NCBI RefSeq assembly: GCF_006345805.1
Contig: NC_043002.1
Location: 63,860,001 to 63,924,000, forward strand
DNA from: Octopus sinensis
Taxonomy: Eukaryota
DNA: 64,000 nucleotides
Reading direction: 5' to 3'
Positions 44,608 to 56,480 of this stretch are shown one piece after another. The notes under the pieces were generated by a model. It saw only the letters and a program-made list of their open reading frames with translations. It was not told the DNA's origin and searched no databases. Positions within the stretch are counted from its first letter, which is position 1. Every line of letters starts with the position of its first letter. The position numbers were made by a program, and so were the translations under genes.

Positions 44608-44764
44608 AACTTAGATAAACTTAGATATGTTTCGACCAAAGATTGGTCCAGGCCATGTCTAACTTAATAGCACCACCTGATAGGATTATTTGAATCCTGT
44701 TTAAGTCAAGTTTTGTTTATGGTCCATTCAAGTAGTGAGTTTTTGTTAGGTGAGTTGTATCCGA

Positions 44765-45037
44765 TTATGGGTGACTTATCTGGTATTCCTTGAAGGAATC
44801 TATCCAGACTCCGTTTAAAGTTGATGGGATCCTTTTCCTCTTTGATCTCTTTCGGGACAATGTTAAATAGAGCAGGGCCTGTTGAGGAAAAGAAATTATG
44901 TTGCAGTGTACATGTATGCTGTGATCTTCAATTGGGCAGCAGTATTCGAGGTGTGGCCGTACAAAGGAGGAGAAAAGTGGTATGATGACACCTTGTTCTC
45001 TGAACCGGAAAGTTCTTAAGATCCAGGAACTCATCAT
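44765..45037 (-). mobile_element. CR1/L2-type LINE RT C-terminal fragment
   Basis: ILRTFRFR...PLFSSFVRPHLEYCC motif. Confidence 0.75.
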
Positions 45038-45049
45038 ACGAGCTATATA

Positions 45050-45090
<41 letters not shown>

Positions 45091-45215
45091 GGTATGTAGA
45101 AAAATACAACATGGACAAGAACGTATAACTCTTAGAAGACGATACAATAAACACGGACAGGACATTCGAAACCCTCAGTCTTCAGTCAAGAACCGGATCA
45201 TCGTAGTAATTTCGG

Positions 45216-45269
<54 letters not shown>

Positions 45270-45270
45270 T

Positions 45271-45340
<70 letters not shown>

Positions 45341-46136
45341 TGTCTAATATATACATATGTATACATCTTCACATATATATTTTCTTCTACTACTAAGGAC
45401 TGACCTACCCAACCACTCAAATTCCTAAATTCTTCATCCCATACTACTACCCATGTCTCTGCCCCATCACTTAGACTCTCATTTACTTTATATATCCCTC
45501 CCTCTATCCCCTCCATGCCTTCTATTTTTTCACACTCGAATAACTTTCTCTAGCACCCTTATAACCCCATTCCTACTTTCAAATTGTCTCTTCCTTGTTT
45601 TTCTTTTTTCTTTTTTTCTTTATTCCTCTCTTCCTGATTTTTGTTCTTTTGTATTTATATTTTCTTTTATTATTTTTCTTGTTATGTTCTTCTCTTTCTT
45701 TCCCTTATTTCTCTTTCTTTATTCTTCTCTTCCTGTTTTCGATTTGACCTTACTAATACATTCCCTACTTTTAGGTGAACTTAAATAAAACCCTTGATTC
45801 AATAACACTGTGTATAAACTCTATACTTGAAATGACCAATTTTAAATACTATTAGATTTTACTCATAAGTTACTGCAATCTTATATGTATACCATTCCGC
45901 CTAAATAATGGATCTACATATAAAATATCCCTGCATATGTCACATCTATTTTCTTTTCTCCACCTAACTCTCTATTTCGTATCTTATCTAAATTAACTAT
46001 TGCTTAACCATCTTCTCACACCAACTCGGATAAATGCATGTAATAAATAACCTAGAAACAGCTGTAAGACTTTCTATTTATAAATGTTCTAAAATCTACA
46101 CGGCCTTGATCATAACGAAAAAAATTATATATATAT

Positions 46137-46560
46137 ACGACAAGCTTCTTTCAATTTTCGTCTACCATATCTACTCACAGGGGTTTCGTCAACCAGATGC
46201 TACACTAGAAGATACTGTCAAAGGTGCCACCCGATGGGAATGAACCGGGAACCATGCGGTTAGTAAGTAAGCTACATAACACACAGCCACTCTTGCGTCT
46301 ATATATAAATATACGCGCGTGTGTTTGTGTGTGTGAGTTTGTGTATACACATGCATACATGCACGACGATCTGGCAGAAACTTTAGCACATCCTAGAAAA
46401 TGCTTGGCGGAGTTCAAAATTCCGCCGCGATTGACCTTACCCATTATTCATTCAGGGTCGATACAAAAAAGTACTAATATTTCACTGGGTTCGATTCAAT
46501 GTACATACCTCCTCCCCTGGAACTAACCGCTTTGTTCCAAACTTCGAAGCCAATATATTT
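46137..46560. mobile_element. SINE family A 5' half (46137-46299, -) and SINE family B (46365-46560, +)
   Basis: Similarity to 11246-11400 and 33311-33500. Confidence 0.75.
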
Positions 46561-48370
46561 TTTAACCCATTCTATTCATATTCATATATACCAAACTCCA
46601 TGTGTATGATACTAAAGCAATTTTGAGGGAAAATAAAATATAAGGTTACAGTAAATATCTCTTTAAATTCTGTGATATAACAAGAGTAGAGTGCTCAGAA
46701 TGGAGGCATATTACAGAGAAGCAACGTAAAGTATATCTCGGAAAGGAAGCATTTAAGTGTAAGGTAGAAATTGTATAGAAGAATGTATGGAGCTTGAAGC
46801 GCATAATGGTTTTTATTACACACACACACACAGAACGGGATTTATGTTATATATCATGTTATTATACATCATTGTATATTATTAATAATTATTCTGTATA
46901 TAATTATTACATATGTGTGCGTGTTAGCGAGATCACATTTGTGTCTGAGTCTGTATGAGTGTGCATATATAAATGTTTCTCGAGTAAACAGTTTGGACGA
47001 AGGCAAGCAGTCCAAAACTTCGATGTCACTAGCACCAATCTTGTAGTGAGAATATAATGAATATAACATCTAGTTTTGTTCTGAGTAAGCCTTTAAGTTT
47101 TATGTAAGTTTTATTGTAATTCGACTTAAAGCAGGACATATTACTCTAAATATTCGTACATACATTCACACAAACACATACATACACACACACATATATA
47201 TGTGTATGTACGTATAAATATATATAAAATAAACGATTAAAGATGTATATTTAGACATATATATATATTTTTCACACAATCACATGCTTATATATACATA
47301 TGTATAAGCATGTTGTGCATTATTGTGTGTTTGTGTGTGTGTTTATGTGTGTGCGTCTGTGTGTGCGCATGTATGCATGCATGTGTGTGTGTGTGTGTGT
47401 GAGTTTGTGTCTGTGATTTACTATCGCTACAGCAATGTAATGTCTATGAATATATTATGCACAAAGAGAGCAATTTCCTCTCAATCTTTAGCTCTGGGGT
47501 TATACGTATCAGCAGTCAGCGGTTTAAAACTGATCGTTTAGCAATTTTACTGAAACGAGACACTACTCGTTCCACCTTCGTTGAGTTTCAGTATTAGTCG
47601 TTATTAAAGATTAGAGAGATTTATGATCTGACATTACGTAAGTGAACGACACTTCATGTAGTGTTTGTGTAGTGGTAGAATACAAAATGGTGTCAGAAGT
47701 TTTCAGATTTATTACGGGTTTAACGACTTGTTTTACATAAAGTCAAATTCTCTAGCATTGTTGCTTTTAATCACGCATTCACTTCATGTAAATGGTCTAT
47801 TCTGTTGAATTTCGCATGATCATTGTATATAATTTGTAATCGAAACGAAAATTAGTTGTACAAAATGGGTCGCGGGCTGTAAATCCTAGAGATGTTTATG
47901 GACTCCTCTTTTTAAATGTACACATTTTTCTGCATGATCACATGAATCAACGGCATCGATAGTAACTGGGTCAACATAAATTTATTGCGTGATCGTGTAC
48001 AAGATTGCAATTCCGTTCCCATGGTGATACGATAAAATCCCTAATACAGTAAATGTGATGCAAGACAGAATATACAAAAAAATAACGAAAATATTTTTTT
48101 ACGATTACACCCCCATTCGATATGATAATATATATGTACGTATTTGTACAAATAAACTAAAATAGAATACACGCCACAACTGTCCGACAAGCGGGAACTC
48201 TGAGTAACATTTTTGTAATATTTTTTCAGGTTTCATAAATGTCTGTCTGTATATATATATATATAGACAGACATATTGAAACACATACATACATATGTAT
48301 ATATGTGTATATATGCACACACGAACACACACACACGCACACACACACACACATATATACACATACATAA

Positions 48371-48407
<37 letters not shown>

Positions 48408-48451
48408 ATATACACATACATAGACACGGACACACACACACATGTATATAC

Positions 48452-48502
<51 letters not shown>

Positions 48503-48519
48503 ACAAAAGCCCGTTGGGT

Positions 48520-48830
48520 GTGAAGTTTGGGGCATTTCTAGACAGGCCCTTAACCCGAATACTGGGCTATGAACGCTGTCGGGATCCAAGCCAAATCCGG
48601 AATACTTCAGGTGTAGAAAATCCAGGTTTCACGATCATTAAACCGTCGTATGGTTTGGCAAATTGTAAATAATCCACTCCCGATACCTCCATAACAACAG
48701 GGTCTGATATACACTCAATGTCTTTGATGTATGTCCGAGGAAGTGCCGCTTGAATGCCTAAAACCACATATATTACGTAATTTTTCTTTAAGAACTTTCG
48801 CGTAAACTGGCGTTGCAATTAGAAATGGTA
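48520..48830 (-). mobile_element. LINE RT relic (CR1/Jockey-like)
   Basis: VDYLQFAKPYD resembles the YLDFAKAFD RT motif. Confidence 0.4.
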
Positions 48831-48897
48831 TGGGAACATGTGTAACTTAGGATTCAAGATACATTAGAGATACTTTTTCTTCTTCCTCTTTTCCCTG

Positions 48898-48948
<51 letters not shown>

Positions 48949-48974
48949 GCTTAATAATCTGAATGGGGACAATT

Positions 48975-49610
48975 CAAGCGGACACAAGAGGAATATTACT
49001 AAAAACCACATTCAAAATCAAATATATACAATATTCTTCTACATTTATAAAACGGATATAACAATTCCAAGTATATAAATACAAAAATGCATATAAATGG
49101 GGCATATCGATATGATGCATAAAACACAGTGAATTTTAGATTTTTAAAGTTATAATACAAATTTCATATGATAAAACATTAAAAGGACGTACTAAAATAC
49201 CACGAAAATATTGCAAAGATTTTTAAATTCCATCCACGGGCCGTTTCAGGGACGTTCCAAGTAACATGATATATTTCATATTGTTAAAACTGACTCTCCC
49301 CTTATTCAGGACGTTTCACACAATACAGAAAAACCAAATACAGAAATACAATTATACAATTACATAGCAGCCACTCGAAAAAAAATATTTGAATTTATTA
49401 TAATTTTATCATACTAATGTTTTACAACTTTTAAATCTAAAATCTAAAAATCTAAAATGTTTTATGTATCATATCGTTATTCTTTATTTTTTTTTTATTC
49501 TGTATTTATATATTTGGAATTTTTATATCCGTTTTATAAATGTAGAAGAATATATGTATATATTTGATTTTAAGCGTGGTTTTTAATTATGTTCCTCTAG
49601 TTTCCGCTTG
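48975..49610. repeat. ~110-bp inverted arms (48975-49083 / 49501-49610) enclosing a decayed hammerhead
   Basis: The arms are reverse complements with scattered mismatches. An HHR-like relic lies at 49231-49313 (-). Confidence 0.8.
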
Positions 49611-49926
49611 CATGTATATTCTAGTGGGTGAATGGCCTATTATGGCCGTTCCTTGATTGTGATGTTGAACTTATAAATGGTCTATGACTATTTAAATTTT
49701 TTCCCACTAGGTCGCTGGTGGCAAAAAAAATTCTACAAAATTTTTTTTTGCCACCCTATATTGATTAATTATGAATTTTCTGGTTGATTCCGTAATGGAA
49801 TCGGCGGCTTATATTTATTTGCTGCCGATAAATTTGGCGCGAGTGCGATGATTTGAAAATTTTAGGTCAGATATTGCCGAGGCAGGGACAGAAATGCCTC
49901 GTGAAAATATCTGTTCCGTTCTGGCT

Positions 49927-50033
49927 ATTTCTTACTGACGAATCTAAGGGCCTATGGAAGATTGGCTTGATTTAATTTAATCAGGTTAGTTTACCATTAA
50001 ACAGTAGATGAAACGGTGCATCGTATAAGAAAT
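49927..50033 (+). ncRNA. Type I hammerhead ribozyme, copy 1 (predicted cleavage after A50025)
   Basis: Stem I ATTTCTTA/TAAGAAAT (8 bp), core CTGACGA 49935-49941, stem II ATCTA/TAGAT, GAAA 50010-50013, helix III ACGG(TGCA)TCGT and a GUA triplet. Confidence 0.85.
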
Positions 50034-50417
50034 TACAGGGTAAATGTTTTTTAATTTTCTCCTCGTTTGAGGAATTAATGTTATTTTGCGGTTGAAGCTT
50101 TGGCTGTTATTTCTAGTGGGTGAATGGCCTATTATGGCCGTTCCTTGATTGTGATGTTGAACTTATAAATGGTCTATGACTATTTAATTTTTTCCCACTA
50201 GGCCGCTGGTGGCAAAAAAAAATCTACAAAATTTTTTTTTGCCACCCTATATTGATTAATTATGAATTTTCTGGTTGATTCCGTAATGGAATCGGCGGCT
50301 TATATTTATTTGCTGCCGATAAATTTGGCGCGAGTGCGATGATTTGAAAATTTTAGGTCAGATATTGCCGAGGCAGGGACAGAAATGCCTCGTGAAAATA
50401 TCTGTTCCGTTCTGGCT

Positions 50418-50524
50418 ATTTCTTACTGACGAATCTAAGGGCCTATGGAAGATTGGCTTGATTTAATTTAATCAGGTTAGTTTACCATTAAACAGTAGAT
50501 GAAACGGTGCATCGTATAAGAAAT
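50418..50524 (+). ncRNA. Type I hammerhead ribozyme, copy 2 (predicted cleavage after A50516)
   Basis: Identical to copy 1: CTGACGA 50426-50432, GAAA 50501-50504, GTA 50514-50516. Confidence 0.85.
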
Positions 50525-50746
50525 TACAGGGTAAATGTTTTTTAATTTTCTCCTGGTTTGCGGAATTAATGTTATTTTGCGGTTGAAGCTTTGGCTGTTA
50601 TTTCTAGTGGGTGAATGGCCTATTATGGCCGTTCCTTGATTGTGATGTTGAACTTATAAATGGTCTATGACTATTTAATTATTTCCCACTAGGCCGCTGG
50701 TGGCAAAAAAATTCTACAAATTTTTTTTTTTGCCACCCTATATTGA

Positions 50747-50786
<40 letters not shown>

Positions 50787-50839
50787 ATTGGTGAATTGAA
50801 GAAATGGAGCTGAACGCAGATTGAACAGAAATCGTTTTA

Positions 50840-50929
50840 TTTCATTCTACACGTGTTTCGAAAGGCACAAATTACCAAAATCCGATTGAATAATGGGACC
50901 ATATTGTGTCTTTCTCTTCAGGAAGAAAA
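50840..50929 (-). ncRNA. Type I hammerhead ribozyme, unrelated sequence, minus strand
   Basis: Minus strand: TTTTCTTC-CTGAAGA-GAAAGACACAA...TTGTGCCTTTC-GAAAC-ACGT-GTA-GAATGAAA. The core is intact, with a G10.1-C11.1 pair and a palindromic loop III. Confidence 0.7.
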
Positions 50930-51020
50930 AAGGAAATCTTTTGATTAATCTACAACAAGATTATTCATCTTTCTATTTCACATAATATATATATATTATA
51001 TATATATATATAATATATAT

Positions 51021-51431
51021 TCTTCTATTCATTTGCTTATTTTTGTCATTTGACCGCGGCCATGCTGGAGCACTACTGCCTGTGCTTGTATTCGAATAAA
51101 TCAACCCCAGGACGTATTCTTTGTAAACGTAGTACACATGGTTTGGGTCTCTGTTGCCGAAGCGCTACGTTACGGGTCGTACACACACAAATATCGATTC
51201 TCAAGCGATGGTGGGGGACAAACGCAGTCACAAAAACACACACACACACATTGGCACACAATTATATATACGACGGGTTTCTTTCAGTTTTTGTCTACCA
51301 AATCCTCTCAGAAGGCTTTGGGCGGCCCAAGTCTATGGTAGAAGGCACTTGCCAAAGGTGCCATTCAGTGGAACTTAATCTGGAACCATGTGGCTGGGAA
51401 GCAAGCTTCTTACAATACAGCCACTCTTGCG

Positions 51432-51433
<2 letters not shown>
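51021..51433 (-). mobile_element. SINE family A copy
   Basis: Reverse complement of 11246-11655. Confidence 0.85.
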
Positions 51434-51529
<96 letters not shown>

Positions 51530-52849
51530 ATATTGTGTTGCAGGAATCTGTGGATTTTGTGTCACATCAGTTGCGTTTTCCGAGGCATGTTGTTTTTGCC
51601 TGATGTAGTGTGATTATAAACGACCAATATGGCTATTTGGTGCTGTTTGTGAGTATATAATCATAAAATTGAAATCATGCACTCATATATTATATAGAGT
51701 ACAACCTGTGAAAAGAAGATAACATTTATTTGAACGGAAGCATTTTTCCTCTCACATTTCTTTAGAGAAATACTACAAAACAATAAATTGCTGACACCAG
51801 CTGAAATATTTTTGTTCCATAACAATTACTGAACATCTATCGTTTTATCATCCATTATTCCTGATTCAATTGATAAATTAACGATACTGTTTCTTTTCCT
51901 TTCTCCATATAATACAGATTATATACAGTTTCGTTTATGCACTTTACTTTATTCATAGTAGTCTATAAATTAGGCCGCATAATCCTTCGGCATTTTCAAC
52001 TATGCTTTTCCTTTCTCTTGCTTTTCTTTTGCATTTCACCCATTTAGTTGCTTATATATCGATGAAAATGTAATTGCTATCATCCCTTTGTCATTCGCTT
52101 CCAAATTATAAATTGCGCCGCTGTAGTATTTATGACATTCTTTGTATATTATCAAATACAGAGTCCTGATTTCATATATGATGTGTCAGAGGTACTATTT
52201 TTTCATAACTATAGTTTTATATATATATATATATATATATATAGCGTCGGTAAGGATAATTCATAGCACACAATCAGCTGTATGGACGAATAGGCATTTT
52301 TATTCATAATACTCGCCAGGTGAAAAGAAATAGTTTATTGGAATATGCTTACAAATAAATAGGTGGTGTTTTCTCACCATTAATGACATTAACAGAAAGA
52401 AATAATTTGATGCATTAACAAAAAGGAAATATATACATATATATATTCAAGGTAATAACGAGATCGATTATTTCAAAGGAAAATGTTTAAGACTTTTTAT
52501 CTTTTTTTTAAATCTGTCTGCTTCTGGGCAAAAGTAGCAGCAATTCAATTGCGAAGTGTTTACAGTTTATTTATTGTTGTTTTAATAAATCTGGATTGAC
52601 GTCACAAATGGACACGCAGAAACAACAGAATATTGTGCGATTTGAGGCTATGGATATATGTAGCTACAGAAGTAGAAAATTTAGTTTCAGGAATAATAAT
52701 TGAATAAATATGTGCTCGATATCTACGCTTAAAATCTTCTCTGCTCCCAGTATATATCATTGTTTAGTGGTTGCGGTGAGTCAACACAGTGTGTTTATAT
52801 ATCACATTCTCGCGTATGCCTTCAAGAGGACCTAAATTGGATGCACGGC

Positions 52850-53400
52850 AATATTAGGATATATTTGTGTTTCTATGATAGTCAAAGCATCGCCCTAGAG
52901 AGGTTAATCTAGGTTAACACGTCGTCGGTAATGGTTGGTTTAAGTCGGAGTTTGTAACACAATTGGAACTGATGGTTTTGTTAGGACTGGAATTCATTAT
53001 TTGATAATCCGGGTTACGAGATACTGTTATCTTATTAGAATTACTTAGCATAGGAGGGTTGTTAGTATTTATGGTACTATTTGTTATATTGCGGATTCGT
53101 TTGGGGTGCTATATAAAGTTATACATGTTCAATCGACTTACCTCGGAGTATGCGATTATCGAGAGTAGATAAGATATATCCGATGTTTGTTGTAGTGGAG
53201 TAAGATATTTTTACTAGAGATTTTTTTGAAATATAATAATACTTGTCTTGCGGCGGAAAGTTTGATTTTAAGATTGTAAAAAAATAATTTTGGTATGGAT
53301 CTGATCTTGAAGGAGAAGGCGGGAGCGAAGTATAAGATCTCACGTTTTCTGGAGCTATATATTGCATCTTCCTAATATATTCTTAGCATATTTATATATT
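52850..53400 (-). mobile_element. Penelope-like ORF relic (RT-to-GIY-YIG linker)
   Basis: ORF 53119-53367 (FFTILKSNFPP...KSLVKISYSTTTNIGYILSTLDNRIL) resembles the PLE pattern FL.LI.KHFP...VKVSYSC..N...II..HN.KIL. Confidence 0.55.
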
Positions 53401-54799
53401 CTTAATGTATTTTTAATACATTTCTTAGTGAATTGATATATTTATATATCTTTATATATTTAGTGCTTGATTTTGTGCACACAATTTTATAATAGGATAT
53501 ATTTTAGTAACCTATCTTTTGTCTATCATCAATATTTTTCATATAAACTTTTCCACGCAGTGCCCTAAATTATAGCAGCAAACATTTTATATATACCATA
53601 TTATTCCATTTTTCAAGTAATTTGTTATAATTTAATTCGTAATGTTTCATATTCTTAGGGTAGGTTTAAATTTGATCTTAAAATTCTCGTTCTTCTCCCA
53701 CGGGTATGAAAAGAATAAAAGCATTTGTTTTACTGTGATATATGCTTGCAAATTTTTCCTTTCATTTCAAAGCAAATCACGTCAAGACTATTTTTGATTT
53801 ACGATAATCAGGGTGGGGATTTATACATAACGTAAGAAACCAAAGCACTTTTCAAGGAGGTTGTTAATGCAGATGAAAAGAACTGGAATCTGTAAAATTC
53901 TCTCGCCCTAGCAGTCGATATCTTATCTATAAGAATATGGATTTTCTTTCTCTGAAAATAATTCAAGGATTAAAACAGGGATTATATTTTTTCTTTATAT
54001 GTTCTACTCGCTCTTTTGTCTCTTTAGATATACACCTATAGTGGCATGTAGGGTTAGAAATGAAGGTATCAAACTTCTCTAAATTCATCTAAATGGCAGG
54101 AAATTCAGAAATATATCACACATGAATTGATGTCCATTCCTTTGTTACACATAGAAAACTGTCCCGCAATTAGACCAAATTCTTATTATTACAAATTGTT
54201 GATTGTGACTCTTTCATTCCATATTCGTAAACAGCGCTGGATACTGGTAGAATAAAGGTATGTTTCTCGTAACCTCACATTCATATATGTTAACTAGTCG
54301 TAGATTTTTACGGATTTCATGATTTCATGTTAAGAACATTCTCAACAATCATTCAAGTCAGTTACATACAAAATTTAGAGTTTGTCTCCATTTTGCATTG
54401 GAAATATTGATAGCTTTAATATCCGTCAATGGAACGTTGAGCATTCATTTTCATTGTTCGATATTTAGGTAGATATATATATGTGCTCTAGGTGACCTGC
54501 TTCAAGATGTATCCCCATATAATGCAATGATGCGTGGAGAATGTCCTGTGAGTTTAATGATACATCACATTTATCATCATATTTATGCGGGATTGTTCAT
54601 ATTCTACGGAAATTGAGGCTGAGAAAAAGAAGAAAATCAAAACATTTGTGTCGATATGGGGTATTGTAATATGATGAAACCTGTTATATAGTGGAGCAAT
54701 ATATCCATGAAATAATATCCACGAAATGCAATACAAACCGAGACAAAGGCCTGGTAGTACATCAAAATAGGGGCGGATGTAAATTTGATAGATTCGAAA

Positions 54800-55420
54800 A
54801 AGAACATACAGAGTAGTTTGAGAAAATGCTCCTATAAAAATAGTAATTTCTTCGATAAAACGCAGCCTATCTTGACTTAATAGTACTCAGGGACATATTG
54901 AAACATTACTTCTTCACAAATTCTAACATGTTGCCAGTTGAAATAATCATAAAATGGAACAAGCCCCCATTAATTGTCAAAACTGTGGTCAGAAATATAT
55001 ATAAACGGTAAATGTCAAGAAATTCGTTACAAGAAGGAATCCTTGACCAAAGGCCACCATTCTACAATGAAGCTCAAAATGCAATCGGATACAGTAGAAA
55101 ACTCAATGAACATGTAAACCATCAAAGGCAGCCCGCCAACGAAATTAACTAAACTGAACGCAATCAACACGCGTCGTAAATGCAACAAATATAGCCACAC
55201 ACTTTCTGAACATCAATCATCAACAACTTCTGTACAAACAATAATCACCACAAACCATTTTTGAAAAGCTATTAAGCTGCAAAAAACAAAGACTGCACAT
55301 GCGATTTAGAAATAGTAACATACCAAAAGCATGCAACATATAGCTGCAAACTGACGCAGCGCTCCCAGAAAATGCACATCTCCGTTTCAAAAAAATTATT
55401 TTAAAGAGCCATTATCTATA
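54800..55420 (+). mobile_element. Possible second Penelope-like ORF relic
   Basis: SIKRSLS.L and ..PPFY.. fragments only. It is heavily decayed. Confidence 0.3.
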
Positions 55421-55949
55421 AAGTATTAAAAGTAAAATTTGTCACAAGTTTGATGCACCACAGCCCTGGTATCTTTGTGATCAGTACAACATTACCGTAC
55501 AGGAAAATATAGCCTGTGTGCACATTCCGAAAATTATCTATGAAAAACACAAAGTCCTCGTCTACACGAAAATGAGAGCTAAAGTAAAACAAAACAACTT
55601 CAATTAAAGGAATATTTAACAACTGACTGTCCACTATCACACATAAATGCTTTTTTAATATATCCCATGCGAGATACAGAGAACAACCATATAACTATAT
55701 AGTATAAACAAGAAAAAATAATTCAAAGCACCTAAAGTGAATTTTTGGCAATATTTTAAAAGACGGATCTGGAAATATTTATTTAAATGAATTCAGTCTT
55801 GTTTTGAAAAAAAAAGATGTTTCACTTGTTGAAGTGATGACATCAAAATTTGATATAACACATTTAGAAACTTTTATCAGCAAATCATAGCATGCTGAAA
55901 CATATTTTCATGCTCACGAATATAGTAAAATTTATTTTCTCAAAGTCAG

Positions 55950-56480
55950 CTTTCTTACGACGGGCAGTAATGTTTGGTCAATTTTAAATTTGTTGCAAGT
56001 GAAATTTTTTTGAAGCAGCTGAATTGAAAGAAAAAGAGGATTGCAAGTTTACGCCGTTCTGATAAGCGTTAAAGGCTTCAATGTTGAAGTGAATTTCATG
56101 GAATGCATTCTACAATACTCTCGGCCATTGTGTTACATCAACAATTTTGCATTTCAATGTATTCACAATTCAATTGACAAAATATTAAACAATCTAAAAC
56201 AACTCAAAAAAGCTGTTTGCGTTTGATAAAATGCCTCCTAACTGAATCCTTTATGTCTTTAAGGGCTGTTATCTTCATAGACGTTTTCAATTATTTCCAA
56301 AATTTGAAAAGAATTGTTGAATACTCTGATTCCAGGACAGACGATTCCATCAAAATGCCGCGATTTCTTTTCGTGTTAAATCTCATTGCCAATTATCCTT
56401 TAGAATTACTTTTTCAGTGCATTGAAGTAACCGACTCTGCGTTCGATTTTATGCGATGGATATATGAAATATATTAGCCA
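55950..56480 (-). mobile_element. Possible MULE transposase relic
   Basis: Minus-strand EIAAF..IVCPGIRVFNNSFQ loosely matches FE.AA..AF..FP...GC.FH. The match is weak. Confidence 0.25.

Larger units (their letters stand above)
49619..50754 (+). repeat. Tandem array of ~2.3 x 491-nt structured units carrying hammerhead ribozymes (retrozyme-like)
   Basis: CTAGTGGG unit starts at 49621, 50113 and 50604. The units differ by only a few substitutions and homopolymer lengths. Confidence 0.95.

Noticed and set aside
44620-44670. Minus-strand GACC..GGTC-GAAAC-ATATC hammerhead-like half
   Set aside because: No CTGANGA core lies upstream and the cleavage triplet is not NUH-compatible.
52595-52615. Perfect CRE site TGACGTCA
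   Set aside because: A single 8-mer with no other promoter evidence is expected by chance in 64 kb.
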